From Mustelus asterias (taxonomy: Eukaryota): DNA of 64,000 nt. A program made the position numbers and the translations under genes. The notes beneath the pieces were generated by a model. It was not told the DNA's origin, made no database searches, and worked only from the letters and a program-made list of their open reading frames with translations. The number at the start of each line of letters is the position of its first letter. The first letter of the stretch is position 1. The stretch spans positions 1,426,001 through 1,490,000 of the forward strand of contig NW_027590121.1 in the NCBI RefSeq assembly GCF_964213995.1. The letters are read 5' to 3'. Shown here one piece after another: positions 13,250 through 25,915 of this stretch.

Positions 13250-13620
13250 CCTGAAGCTCCGCCCACTGGCCGCGCATGCGCTCTGCTCCCCGCTAAACAA
13301 AGATGGCGGCCGCGGCACTGGGCCTGATCCCGGATAAAATCCCCGCAGCTGCAAACCCGGGACCGGAAGGCTCTTATTCAGGCCTTGCGGCCTACAGCAG
13401 ATGTTTGTGAAGCCTCTGTTCCCTCCCCACCCCAACTCCCGGCTCCATTCCTCCCTCCGCCCCACCGACTCTCACCCCTTGACATAAGCATCTCCACACT
13501 CGCAGGGCTCCGAGCAAAGTGACTATGCGCATGCCCCAGATACAACGCTGCGTCTGCGTACTGGGCTCCTGTAGCGTGAATAGGGCACTTTCACACCCGC
13601 AACGGATGCTGGGTAATAAC
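13250..13620. promoter_or_regulatory. CpG-island promoter with NRF1 and YY1 motifs
   Basis: CGCGCATGCGC (~13271), AAGATGGCGGC (~13300), TGCGCATG (~13526) and a minus-strand splice donor gtgaga near 13476. Confidence 0.6.
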
Positions 13621-15838
13621 CGCCATTGAAACTACATACAGTTAATTCAAAATAACATTGTTAGCATTTGAGGTAAATTAATGAAATATTGAGAATTGGC
13701 GATCTGCTGTGCTCCATTTCTTAAAGTTCTGCTGCAGGACCATGCAATGGTTTCAAAGCTTTTATAACGTTTCCCCTCTCACTCCTTTTATGGCACTGAT
13801 TCTGGCTGGGTTCAATCGCACAGTCACTGGTACTTCTCTCTGTCCCTGATACTGAATATTCACTCTTTTCGAGAATGATACAGCACAAATAGAAACCATT
13901 TGGCCCATTGTGTCTCTGCTGGCTCTCTAGGAGATCTATCCAATTAATTCCACAGCCCAGCTGGTCGAGTCAGAACAATGCATATCTGCTGTAGTAATCT
14001 GAGACCTTAATGGAAAAGGGTTTCCACAGTTAAGCATATCAGGTGCCTGGTAGAATTTAGTTGAATGTTTCTGCAGATCCCATATACTGCAGTGACATTA
14101 TCCTAAAGGGCCAAGGGAGTATTCCAGTGTGTTAACCAGAATCATCCAGGGCACAACCTCAGGCGAAAGAGGGCACAACCTCAGGCGAAAGGGACGATCC
14201 TTTAAACAGAGATTAGGAGGAATTTCTTCAGTCAGAGATTGGTGAATCTGTGGAACTCTTTGCCACAGAAGGCTGTGGAGGCCAGGTCATTGAGTGTCTT
14301 TAAGACAGAGATAGATTGGTTCTTGATTAATGAAGGGATCAGGGGTTATGGGGAAAAGGCAGGAGAATGGGGATGAGAAAAATATCAGCCATGCCTAAAT
14401 GGCGGAGCAGACTCAATGGGCCGAGTGGCCTAATTCTGCTCCTATGTCTAATAGTTTTATGGTTAAGAGTGGATGAATGTTAGAATTACAAAGAACAGGC
14501 ATTCATATCCTGAATTTTCATAATTATCATTTGTCTGGTATGTTTCAGTATGAAAGAATCCCATGTACTTATCAGGTGAGAGGTCGTGTCCAAATGACCT
14601 GAGAAAGACAAATCACTGTTAGATTGCACTGGGGTTTATGTGATCAGGTTTTGGTTTTATGAACAAGGTCTGTATCAGACTGGAGCTGTGTCTTTGATTC
14701 TCCACAACAGTTGGAGTATCCTTACTAAATATCCACCACAACCACAACAGTCCGGAAGACTGAGGTTATTGTGATCACAGCCCTTCAAATTGGATGCACA
14801 AATTCTTTCCCACACGGAGCAGGTGAATGGTCTTTTCCCTATGTGTGTACATTGAGGCAGTGGCATAGTGATATTGTCACTGGAGCAGTAACCCAGAGAC
14901 CCAGGGCAATGTTCTGACCATGAAACCATTGCTGATTGCTCACTAACATCCTCTGGGGAAGGAAATCTGCAGTCCCTCTCCCCACCCTATACCCGTAATC
15001 CCATACATTTACCATGGCCATTCCACCTAGCACATCTTTGGAGTGTGGAAGAAACCGGAGCACACGGAGGAAATCCACACAGACACAGAAAGAATGTGCA
15101 AACTCCACACAGGTTGAAATTGAACTCAGGTGTCTGGATCTGTGAGGCAGCAGTGCGAACCGCCATGCCACCGTGCTGCCCAAATAGGAGACCAAAAGTC
15201 TCCTTGGGAGACACCAAGTTCAAAGACTTTGGAGAGGAAAGGGAGGCTGGAGATGGGGCCATAATTTGCAAGCAAAGTGGGATCAAAGGGTTTTTTTTCA
15301 GAAAGGGTGATGTTTGTGTATTTAAAAGTGAGAGGAACAAAACCAGAAGAGAGAGAGAGAATCATTAACAATATCAGCCAATATGGGGAAGTTGGATGGT
15401 CGGCAATTTAGTGGAAATAGAGTCAGGGCAAAACAGGAAAGAAACTGTTGAAAGATGTGGGTTCGGGGCTCAGACAGGGAAAGGCTTTAGACACATTAGT
15501 TTGGCTCAGTGGGAGGGTGGAAGAGAGGGAAGCAGCAGGGGCAGCTGAATGGGTTGGCTCAATCCGAGTGACAAAGAAGCTCCATGACTTCATCATACTT
15601 TTTGTTGGGGGTCAGGATGGAGGAGACAGGGGAGAGGGAGAGCCATTCGAAAGGAATGGACTTGAGTCAGAGATAAAAAAAGTTTCAACAGATTGTTTAA
15701 CATAAAAGCAGATTGATTTGACTTTCATCCAGGACATTAGTATTTATATGTGGGCTCAAATTTATTTACATCAGAGGCGAATGACCACAATCAACATGTA
15801 TGTGATTTGTGATAAACAGCAGAATCAAACTCCAGCAG

Positions 15839-17041
15839 TCACTTGTCAACTCGCTGATGGCTCAACAGGTTGTATTTCTGAGTGAATCCCTTTCCACATT
15901 TGGAGCAGGTGAACGGCCTCTCCCCAGTGTGAATTCGCTGGTGGACAGTGAGTTGGGATGGTCGCCTGAACCCAGTCCCGCAGTGAGTGCACTTGAACGG
16001 TCTCTCATCAGTGTGACCACGTTGGTGAGACATCAGATCGCTGCAGCTTTTATAGCATTTCCCGCAGTCTGGACATTTAAAAGGTCTCTCCTCACTGTGA
16101 ACACGTTGATGGGACACTAGATTGCTGGAACTTTTACAGCACTTCCCGCAATCTGGACATTTAAACGGTCTCTCATCGGTGTGAACTTGCTGATGTGCCA
16201 TGAGGTGTGATGTCCGAGTGAATCCCTTCCCACAGTCGGTGCAGGTGAACGGCCGCTCCCCAGTGTGAATTCGCTGGTGTTCAGTGAGTTGAGATGACCA
16301 CCTGAACCCAGTCCCGCAGTGAGAGCACCTGAACGGTCTCTCATCAGTGTGAACACGTTGATGGAACATTAGTTCTCTGGAACCTCTATAACACTTCTCG
16401 CAGTCTGGGCATTTAAATGGTCTCTCCTCAGTGTGAACACGTTGATGGAACATCACTTCCTTTAAACTTTTATAGCACTTGCCACATTCTGGACATTTAA
16501 ATGGTCTTTCCTCTGTGTGAACTCGCTGGTGTGTCTGCAGTGTAGATGACTGAGTGAATCCCTTCCCACACTCGGAGCAGGTGAACGGCCTCTCTCCCTT
16601 GTGAACCCGCTGGTGTCTCAGCAGGTTGAATGACTGCGTGAATCGCATCCCACATTCAGAGCAGGTGAATGGCTTCTCCCCAGTGTGAGTGCGCTGGTGT
16701 GTCAGCAGGTTAGATGATTGAGTGAATCCCTTTCCACACTCGGAGCACATAAATGGCCTCTCTCCAGTGTGAACTCGCTGGTGTGTCAGCAGGGTGGATG
16801 ACTGAGTGAATCCTCTCCCACACTCAGAGCAGGTGAACAGCCTCTCCCCAGTGTTACTGTATTGGTGAATTTCCAGCTCAGACAGGTCTCTGAATCCTTC
16901 CCCACATTTCCACGGTTTCTCCTCAGTGTGACTGCACTTGTGTCTTGACAGGCCAGATGATTGTCTGAATCCTTGTCCACACACAGAACACGTGTACAGT
17001 TTTGCCCCATTGTGAACCGTGGTTTTTCCTTCCCTGCTCAA
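15839..17041 (-). CDS. C2H2 zinc-finger protein, ~12 intact plus 2 degenerate fingers; start codon doubtful (possible pseudogene)
   Basis: Open 400-codon finger array with exon acceptor at 17143. In-frame TAA and TGA lie just upstream of the ORF, and the ORF has no ATG until the fourth finger. Confidence 0.75.
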   Translation of the reverse strand: MSREGKTTVHNGAKLYTCSVCGQGFRQSSGLSRHKCSHTEEKPWKCGEGFRDLSELEIHQYSNTGERLFTCSECGRGFTQSSTLLTHQRVHTGERPFMCSECGKGFTQSSNLLTHQRTHTGEKPFTCSECGMRFTQSFNLLRHQRVHKGERPFTCSECGKGFTQSSTLQTHQRVHTEERPFKCPECGKCYKSLKEVMFHQRVHTEERPFKCPDCEKCYRGSRELMFHQRVHTDERPFRCSHCGTGFRWSSQLTEHQRIHTGERPFTCTDCGKGFTRTSHLMAHQQVHTDERPFKCPDCGKCCKSSSNLVSHQRVHSEERPFKCPDCGKCYKSCSDLMSHQRGHTDERPFKCTHCGTGFRRPSQLTVHQRIHTGERPFTCSKCGKGFTQKYNLLSHQRVDK

Positions 17042-17744
17042 GGTTCAGTTATATTCAGGTTACAATAAATTGGGCGACTCAGTCAGATCCTGATGTGATG
17101 TTTGGTCTGAGTTTCCTGACGCAAATCCTCCCCTTCTAAAACTCTGTGAAATTGATTTAAAACAGTGAAAAGGGAGTGAGAGAGATCCCACAAAAACACA
17201 AAGGCAGGTTGTGAAATTGAGCTGAATGAATCTGGTCATTTGTGGGGCCGGCACTAGAAAAAGTTACCATGGAAACTGCTGGATTGTCATAAAACCTCAA
17301 CTGGTTCACTAATGCCTTTCAGGGAAGATAATCTGCCATCCAGTCTGGGACTACACAAGGCTCTGGCCTCAATGGATGGAGAGAGAGGTGGGGGCAAAGG
17401 AGGGACTTAATGTATCTACAACTCAACCAGTGGTTTGAACCTTAAAACCGTTAACCTGCACACCGAGAAGGATCAGGGTAAGAGGTGTATGTGAACACCA
17501 TCATCTCCAAATTCCCTCCAACTTTACACACCATCCTCCCTTGTCTGACACCCAGGATTGGATGAGCAGTAATTGCCTTCGTTAAATATTGGAAGATGAA
17601 GGCTATCATCTTCAGCCCTGCAACAAATTCCACTTCCGAACCACTGACTCCATCTGTCCCCATTGCGACTGTCTGAGGCTGAACCGGAGTATTCACAGTC
17701 TCAGTAACATGTTTCACTTCAAACTGAGCTTCCAAACATATCCT

Positions 17745-18540
17745 CATAGAATCTACAGCACGGAGACAGGCCCTTCGGCCCAAACTGGTCCATGCCCACC
17801 AGAAATGCCCATGTAAGCTAACTCCATTTGGCCCATATCCTTCTAAACCTTTCCTATCCATGTATCTGTCCAAATGCCTTTTAAATGTTGACAATGTCCC
17901 TGCCTCAACCACTTCCTCCGGCAGCTCATTCCACATACGTACCACCCTCTGTGTAAAAAAGCTGCTCCTCAGGTTCCCATTAATTCTTTCTCCTCTTAAC
18001 TTAAACTTATGCCCTCTAATTCTTAATTCCCCAACCCTGGGAAAAAGACTGAGTGCATTCAACCTATCCATGCCTCTCATGATCTTACACACCTCTATAA
18101 GATCACCCCTCAGTCTCCTACGCTCCAAAGAAAAAAGTCCTAACTCATCCAATCTCTCCCTATAACTTGAGTCCTGGCAACATCCTTGTAAATCTCTTCT
18201 GCACTCTCTCCAGTTTAATAACATCTTTCCAAATCAAGGTGACCAAAACTGAACACAATATTCCAGGTGCAGCCTCACCAAAGTCCTGTACAACTGCAAC
18301 ATAACTTCCCAACTCCTATACTCAATGCCCTGACTGATAAAGGCCAGCATGTCAAAAGCCTTCTTCACTGCCCTATCTATGTGTGACTCCACCTTAAGAG
18401 AACCGTGCACCTGGACTCCAAGGTCCCTCTGTTCCACGATACTCCCTGAGGTCCGACCATTCACTGTGAAAGTTCTACCTTGGTTTGACTTTCCATGATG
18501 CAACACCTCACACTGATCTGTATTTAACTCTATTTGCCAC
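17745..18540 (-). mobile_element. CR1-type LINE 3' end
   Basis: ORFs 18234..18548 and 17451..18224 carry CR1 C-terminal motifs. Confidence 0.9.
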
Positions 18541-18619
18541 ATCACCACCTACACTACCTATTTCCACCTCAGTGACATCGCCCCACTTTGTCCTGGCCTC
18601 AGCTCACCTGCTGCTGAAA

Positions 18620-21090
18620 CCAGGTGGAGGAAGAAATTGCTAAGCAGATTATGGATAGGTGTGGGGGGCACAGGGTAGTTGTCATGGGGGACTTTAACTT
18701 TCCAAATATTGATTGGTACCTTTGTAGGTCGAATAGTTCGGATGGGGCAGTTTTTGTGCAGTGTGTGCAGGAGGGTTTCCTGACACAATATGTGGATAGG
18801 CCGACAAGAGATGGGGTCACAGTGGATTTGGTACTGGGAAATGAACCGGGCCAAGTGTTAGATTTGGTTGTGGGAGAGCACTTTGGAGATAGTGACCACA
18901 ATTCGGTGTCTTTTGTTATTGCAATGGAGAGGGATAGGGCCGTACGGCAGGGCAAGGTTTATAATTGGGGGAAGAGGTAATTATGATGCGATTAGGCAAG
19001 AATTAGGGGGCATAAGATGGGAACAGAAACTGTCAGGGAAAGGCACTAATGAAAAGTGGAATTTTTTCAAGGAACAAATACTGTGTGTCCTTGATAGGTA
19101 TGTCCCTGTCAGGCAGGGAGGAAATGGCCGAGTGAGGGAACCATGGTTCACAAAAGAGGTGGGAAGCTTATGAGGAAACAAGGTTCAGATGGCTCGATTG
19201 AGGGTTACAAGTTAGCAAGGAATGAGCTGAAAAAGGGGCTTAGGAGAGCTAGGAGGGGACATGAGAAGTCCTTGGCGGGTCGGATCAAGGAAAACCCCAA
19301 GGCTTTTTACTCTTATGTGAGGAATAAACGAATGACCAGGGTGAGGTTAGGGCCGGTCAAGGACAGTAGTGGGAACTTGTGTATGGAGTCAGTAGAGATA
19401 GGAGAGGTGATGAATGAATACTTTTCTTCAGTGTTCACCAAGGAGAGGGGTCATGTTTTTGAGGAAGAGAAGGCGTTACAGGCTAATAGGCTGGAGGAAG
19501 TAGATGTTCGGCGGGAGGATGTACTAGCAGTTTTGAATAAACTGAAGGTCGATAAGTCTCCTGGGCCTGATGAAATATATCCTAGGATTCTTTGGGAGGC
19601 AAGGGATGAGATTGCAGAGCCTTTGGCTTTGATCTTTGGGTCCTCACGGTCCACGGGGATGGTGCCAGAGGACTGGAGAGTGGCGAGTGTTGTTCCTCTG
19701 TTTAAGAAAGGGAATAGAAATGACCCTGGTAATTATAGGCCGGTTAGTCTTACTTCGGTGGTTGGTAAGTTGATGGAAAAGGTCCTTAGGGATGGGATTT
19801 ATGACCATTTAGAAAGATGTGGATTAATCAGCGGATAGTCAGCACGGATTCGTGAAGGGCAAGTCGTGCCTCACAAATTTGATAGAATTTTTTGAGGAGG
19901 TAACTAAGTGTGTTGATGAAGGTAGGGCAGTTGATGTCATATACATGGATTTTAGTAAGGCGTTTGATAAGGTCCCCCATGGTCAGCTTATGATGAAAGT
20001 AAGGAGGTTGGGATAGAGGGAAAGTTGGCCGATTGGATAGGTAACTGGCTATCTGATCGAAGACAGAGGGTGGTGGTGAATGGAAAATTTTAGGACTGGA
20101 GGCAGGTTGCTAGCGGAGTGCCACAAGGATCAGTGCTTGGTCCTCTGCTATTTGTGATTTTTATTAATGACCTAGAGGAGGGGGCTGAAGGGTGGATCAG
20201 TAAATTTGCTGATGACACCAAGATTGGTGGAGTAGTGGATGAGGTGGAGGGCTGTTGTAGACTGCAAAGAGACATAGATAGGATGCAAAGCTGGGCTGAA
20301 AAATGGCAGATGGAGTTTAACCCTGATAAATGTGAGGTGATTCATTTTGGTAGGACAGATTTAAATGTGGATTCCAGGGTCAAAGGTAGGGTTCTGAAGA
20401 CTGTGGAGGAACAGAGAGATCTTGGGGTCCATATCCACAGATCTCTGAAGGTTGCCACTCAAATGGATAGAGCTGTGAAGAAGGCCTATAGTGTGTTAGC
20501 TTTTATTAACAGGGGGTTGGAGTTTAAGAGCCGTGGGGTTATGCTGCAACTGTACAGGACCTTGGTGAGACCACATTTGGAATATTGTGTGCAGTTCTGA
20601 TCACCTCACTATAAGAAGGATGTGGAAGCGCTGGAAAGAGTGCAGAGGAGATTTACCAGGATGCTGCCTGGTTTGAAGGGTAAGTCTTCTGAGGAAAGGT
20701 CGAGGGAGCTTGGGCTGTTCTCTCTGGAGCGGAGGAGGTTGAGGGGAGACTAAATAGAGGTTTATAAAATGATGAAGGGGACAGATAGAGTGAACGTTCA
20801 AAGACTATTTCCTCGGGTGGATGGAGGTATGACAAGGGGGCATAATTATAGGGTTCATGGTGGGAGATATAGGAAGGATATCAGAGGTAGGTTCTTTACG
20901 CAGAGAGTGGTTGGGGTGTGGAATGGACTGCCTGCAGTGATAGTGGAGTCAGACACTTTAGGAACATTTAAGCGGTTATTGGATAGGCACATGGAGCACA
21001 CCAGGATGATAGGGAGTGGGATAGCTTGATCTTGGTTTCAGATAAAGCTCGGCACAACATCGTGGGCCGAAGGGCCTGTTCTATTTTCTA
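18620..21090 (+). mobile_element. CR1-type LINE, long copy (endonuclease C-terminal half, RT and tail), degenerate
   Basis: Endonuclease motifs VMGDFNFPNIDW and SDHN; RT motifs NYRPVSLTS, PQGSVLGP and FADDTK; several frameshifts. Confidence 0.95.
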
Positions 21091-21094
21091 TGTA

Positions 21095-21825
21095 TGACTT
21101 ACTCAGTTAATGGTAGGTGTTGGGGAGAGTTATAGCACAAAAAGATCTAAGGGTACATGTTCATAGCTCCTTGAAAGTGGAGTCACAGGTGGACAGAGTG
21201 GAGAATAAGGCATTCGGCATGCTTGGTTTCATTGGTCAGAACATTGAATACAGGAGTTCGGACATCTTGTTGAAGTTGCGCAAGACATTGGTAAGGCCAC
21301 ACTTGGAATACTATGTACAGTTCTGGTCACCCTATTATAGAAAGGATATTATGAAACTAGAAAGAGTGCAGTAGAGATTTACTCGGATGCTACCGGACTT
21401 GATGGTTTGAGTTATAAGGAGAGGCTGGATAGACTGGGACTTTTTTCTCTTGGTCTGAGGAGGCTGAGGGTGATGTTATGAAGGCCTATAAAATAATGAG
21501 GGGCATAGATCAGCTAGATAGTCAATATCTTTTCCCAAAGGTAGGGGAGTCTAAAACTGGAGGGCATAGGTTTAAGGTGAGAGGGGAGAGATAGAAAAAT
21601 GTCCAAAGGGGCAATTGTTTCGCACAGAGGGTGGTGAGTGTCTGGAACAAGCTGCCAGAGGTCGTAGTAGAGGGGGTACAATTTTGTATTTTAAAAAGCA
21701 TTTAGACATGGGTACAGAGGAATATGGGCGAAATGCGGACAATTGGGACGAGCTCAGGGGTTTTAAAAAAAGGGTGGCATGGACAAGTTGGGCCGAAGGG
21801 TATGTTTCCATGCTGTAAACCTCTA
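21095..21825 (+). mobile_element. CR1-type LINE 3' end
   Basis: Same subfamily as 8420-9180. Confidence 0.88.
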
Positions 21826-22222
21826 TGCCCTGTTTGCCCTGGATCAAACTGACACCCAGGAACTCCCAAATGCTGCAGCTTGAATGTGTACTGATAAACT
21901 ATTTCTTTTATCCAATGATAATTTATTTTGGTTTTTAAGTATTTTATTAACCTTAACACCTGTTGCTATACTATTTTGATCCTTAGGAACAGAATAAATC
22001 TTCGTTACTTAGCAGATACTCACCAAAAATCTGGCTTCTTCTCCTGTCGAAGAGTAAGATCACTTCCCAAAGGCTGAGAAAGTTAGAAAGCAAAAGGGCA
22101 CCTCTTTCCCTTCCTTCCCTAACTCCCTTAATTACCCAACTCCCAGAATTATATTCTAAGCTGCACTCAAGTGATGCAGGTTCAGAGCTGTTTCTGAGCT
22201 GTAGATTCAATACAATACTCAC

Positions 22223-24047
22223 TTGCAGACATGGACATCAAGGCCTGTATGGGTCTCCAGGCCATCATGCACACATCATGATAGGGAGGATGGAGATGGT
22301 GTTGCCAGCCATGTACATGATGAACAGATTCATGGGCAGCTGTTTCAATGGGCCCAAGGCGGTGTCCCAGCAGGACTGAAAACAGAAAGTGAGCAGGGTA
22401 TCAGTAAAGGGGGCCGGTTTGGGGAGGCCATATGCTGATCTTATACCCAGGCCTGGAAGTAAGGATGACGATTAACCCTTTAACACACAGGCTGCTGTGG
22501 TTCACCAAGGTACTTCACCACCGTGGACAAACCAGGGGCGTTGTCAGCCACACACTAAAGACACATTCAAATCCAACTTACTTTCTCAACCAGGATCCGG
22601 TCTGTTTCTTGGACGCAGATGTCCGGTAGCTGTTTGTCCGAATATACGACTGGGTACATGGAGTCTCTCTGGCCACACTGTTGATCACGGCTCCTATGAG
22701 AAACAGAAAACACAAGTGGGTCACCCTTTCAAGACCTTCTTTAAAGAGGGAGTCTCTCTGTTGACGACCCCAACATGGTGGCAATAGTGCCAGCACGAAC
22801 TAAAGCTTGGGCAAACCTCAGACACACACTGCCGTTGTGTCCACTGAACTGCCACGGGAATGGAGGGCTGCAGAAGTGGATTTAGTGTGAATTGATAATC
22901 AGGGTGCCAATCCGCTTGCCCTCCATTTAGGGACAAAGTGACAAATCACCACATGTACCAAATTATCTGGGGGACCTGGGGTGGAGGGTGCTGCACACAG
23001 CAGTGCCGTGCAACCGTAGGTTTTTCCGGTACACGGGCTCCCAAGACTGCCCTTTCTGTGGCCTCGTGGAGTCCGTGGACCATGTCTACGTTCTGTGTTT
23101 TAGGCTGCACACCCTTTTTGGTTTCCTCAAACACCTTTTACTGATGTTTTGTTTGCACTTCAGTCCCACGCTCCTGATCTACGGGCACCTGGTGCGGAGA
23201 GGGGCGGGTCGGGATGCCGACCTCCTCGTGAACCTGCTCCTGGGCCTGGCGAGACGCGCCATCAATAGGTCCAGGCAGCGGGCGATCGACGGGGCCGTCC
23301 ATCCCGACTGTCTGCCCCTCTACCGCGGCTACATTCGCGGCCAGGTGTCTCTGGAGAGGGAGCATGCGGTGTCCACGGGCGCGGTTGACGCCTTCCGCGA
23401 CCGCTGGGCGCCGCAGGGGCTGGGGTGTATTATCGACCCCGATAATCACCTTTTGGTTTGACGTTTTAAGTTTCCTTTCGACTTTGATTTTGGTTCGAGC
23501 TGTTCCCCCCTTCCTTTTGGGGAGCCGCCCCTTTTACTTTGTCCCTAAGTTAATTTGAGTTTGTTTACTTGATTGGTGCCGAAAGAGCTACCAAATTGTA
23601 TCTTGAAAACAAACACTGCGGGACATTGAGAGAGATCCAGTTCAGCACCCGGCCCTGGAAACGAGCAATCGTTCCTCCAACCACCACCGCAGTTGGCATC
23701 TGATCAGGTGGAGGGGCTGAAACCAAGATGGCATCTCAGGGTCATGACCTGGGGAAAAGATGCCAAGTGGGGTCTGAGTGATTTCTGGGGGATTTGAGGG
23801 GCTGCTTTGTGCTGAGGAGCTCGGTGAGGGGTAAAAGAGGCGCGAAAAACCCGGGGTTGGGAAGTTTTGGGTTGGTGCCACGTCCCCGGGTCAGTGTGCG
23901 GTGGCGTCCCCTCGGGAGAGGCGGGCTGACCCGGCTTGTCGCTTACTCGAGACCCCGGCTGCCCGCGCGGCCTCCGCACCTGCTGGTGCCGCTCAGGGTC
24001 CGCTTGTGCCAGCACGCGCGGTTGTCAAGCCCCGCCCCTGCAGCCAT
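22223..24047 (-). pseudogene. EMC4: EMC4 (ER membrane complex subunit 4) partial pseudogene, exons 1-3
   Basis: Exon 1 is 24047-23980 (MAAGAGLDNRACWHKRTLSGTS, phase 2; alternative donor at 23947). Exon 2 is 22693-22582 ([28 protein letters not shown]). Exon 3 is 22375-22223 ([49 protein letters not shown]) with a 1-nt deletion near 22273. All introns are GT-AG. No exon 4 or 5 was found. Confidence 0.9.
22950..23585 (+). mobile_element. Tx1/L1-clade LINE 3' end, inside EMC4 intron 1
   Basis: ORF 22988..23461 has the C-terminal zinc motif CPFCGLVESVDHVYVLC and ends in FRDRW, followed by a T-rich tail. Confidence 0.75.
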
Positions 24048-24300
24048 GACAACGCCGCCGACAGTTAATCGTCCCCCCTTTCAAATCTGATTCCGATCAA
24101 GAGAAGAAGCCGCGTATTTCCGTCAACAAAACACTCCCGCTCCAATGCGCATGTGCAAGCCCAACCGCCTAAGCGTTCTGCGGGCACCGCCCAAAGCCCC
24201 GCCCCCACATCGTCGTCATCTTTTTTAGGGGCACATCTGTTCCGACACTTCACCTTCTGTCCAAATGGAGCACGTTTGCCCCGCACAAAGATGGACATCA
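23800..24300 (-). promoter_or_regulatory. CpG-island promoter of the EMC4 copy
   Basis: High CpG content, GC boxes (ccccgcccc) and NRF1-like TGCGCATGTGC near 24146, around the ATG at 24047. Confidence 0.65.
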
Positions 24301-24814
24301 CTTAATGTCAGAGATATTTGCAATATTGAGTCCAGATGACCCTTTATCAAAGCAAAAAGAAATAGCAAGTGGGAGGTATTTATACTGCAGGGTGAGGGAA
24401 TGAAAGATGAGCCATAGCCACAGAAACCAGGGGAAAAGACTGCTAATGGCTGTCCACATTCTCTCTGTGGACAACCATTATAGCACCAGGGACTCATGTT
24501 CGTTTCTCGGCTTGGGTGACTGTCTGTGCGGAGTCTGCACGTTCTCCAGGTGCTCCTGGAGAACATGCTCCTCTTTTTCTTCTCATGAAAATCCAGTATT
24601 TCCGAATGCCCTGAATGAATTTTGAGGCCCAGGTCAGAGCGAATAAATAAAAGCAAAAAACTGTGGATGCTGGAATCTGAAACAAAAACTGAAAATGAAC
24701 CACTGTGGTAAATGCATCATTGTCAATCTATTTTACTCGGTATTTGTTTCATTATTCAACATTTAACATCAATACATTTATTTATTATGCATCTCCTCAT
24801 TCTGAATTGAATAT

Positions 24815-25915
24815 TCAGAGAGTTCATAAAAGAGAGCTAGGCGATGATAGGGATCTAGATGAGTATACAGCTTGTAGGAAGGGACTTAAGAAAGAAATTA
24901 GGAGAGCAAGAAGCGGTCACGAGAAGGCCTTGGCAGGTAAGATTAAGGAGAACCCTGAGGCGTTCTATAAATATGTGAAGAGTAAAAGGATGAGATGTGA
25001 AGGAATAGGACCTATAAAATATGAAGGTGAGAAAGTCTGTACAGAACTGGAAGAAATAGCAGAGGTGCTTAATGAATATTTTACCTCGGTATTCACGGTG
25101 GAAAAAGACATGGGTGGTTGTACTACAGGACTGAGGTGGACTGAAAAGATTGAGTATGAGGACATTAAGAAAGAGGATGTGTTGGAAATTTTGAATAGCA
25201 TCAAGATAGATAAGTTGCTGGGACCGGGTGGGATGTACCCCAGGTTACTGTGGGAGGCGAGGGAAGAGACTGCAGAGCCTCTGGCGATGATCTTTGCATC
25301 ATCGATGGAGACGGGAGAGGTTCTGGAGGATTGGAGGATTGCGGATGTGGTTCCTATATTGAAGAAAGGGAATAGGGATAGCCCAGGAAATTACCGACTG
25401 GTGAGTCTAACCTCAGTGGTTGGTAAGTTGATGGAGAAAATCCTGAGGGACAGGATTTATGAACATTTAGAGAAGTTTAGGATGCTCAAACATAGTCAGC
25501 ACGGCTTTGTCAAAGGCAAATCGTGCCTTACGAGCCTGGTGGAGTTCTTTGAAAATGTGACTGAACACATTGACGAAGGAAAGGCGGTAGATGTGGTTTA
25601 CATGGACTTCAGCAAGGCATTCGATAAGGTCCCCCATGCAAGACTTCTCGAGAAAGTGAGAGGGCATGGGATCCAAGGGGCTGTTGCCTTGTGGATTCAG
25701 ATCTGGCTTGCCTGCAGAAGGCAGAGAGTGGTTGTAGATGGGACTTTTTCCGAATGGAGGTCGGTCACCAGTGGATTGCCCCAGGGATCTGTTCTGGGAC
25801 CCTTGATGTTTGTCATTTTCATAAATGACTGGATGAGGAAGTGGAGGGATGGGTTGGTAAGTTTGCCGACGACACGAAAGTTGATGGTGTTGTGGATAGT
25901 TTGGAGGGATGTCTG
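24815..25915 (+). mobile_element. CR1-type LINE RT fragment
   Basis: ORF 24705..25979 carries QHGFVKGKSCLT, DFSKAFDKVPH and PQGSVLGP, and is truncated shortly after the FADD region. Confidence 0.93.

Noticed and set aside
14800-14850. Single ZNF linker relic (HIGKRPFTCSVW)
   Set aside because: An isolated fragment of less than one finger; not a gene.
23590-23699. ATG-initiated segment first considered as EMC4 exon 1
   Set aside because: 24047-23980 matches the EMC4 N-terminus better and has the correct phase-2 donor.
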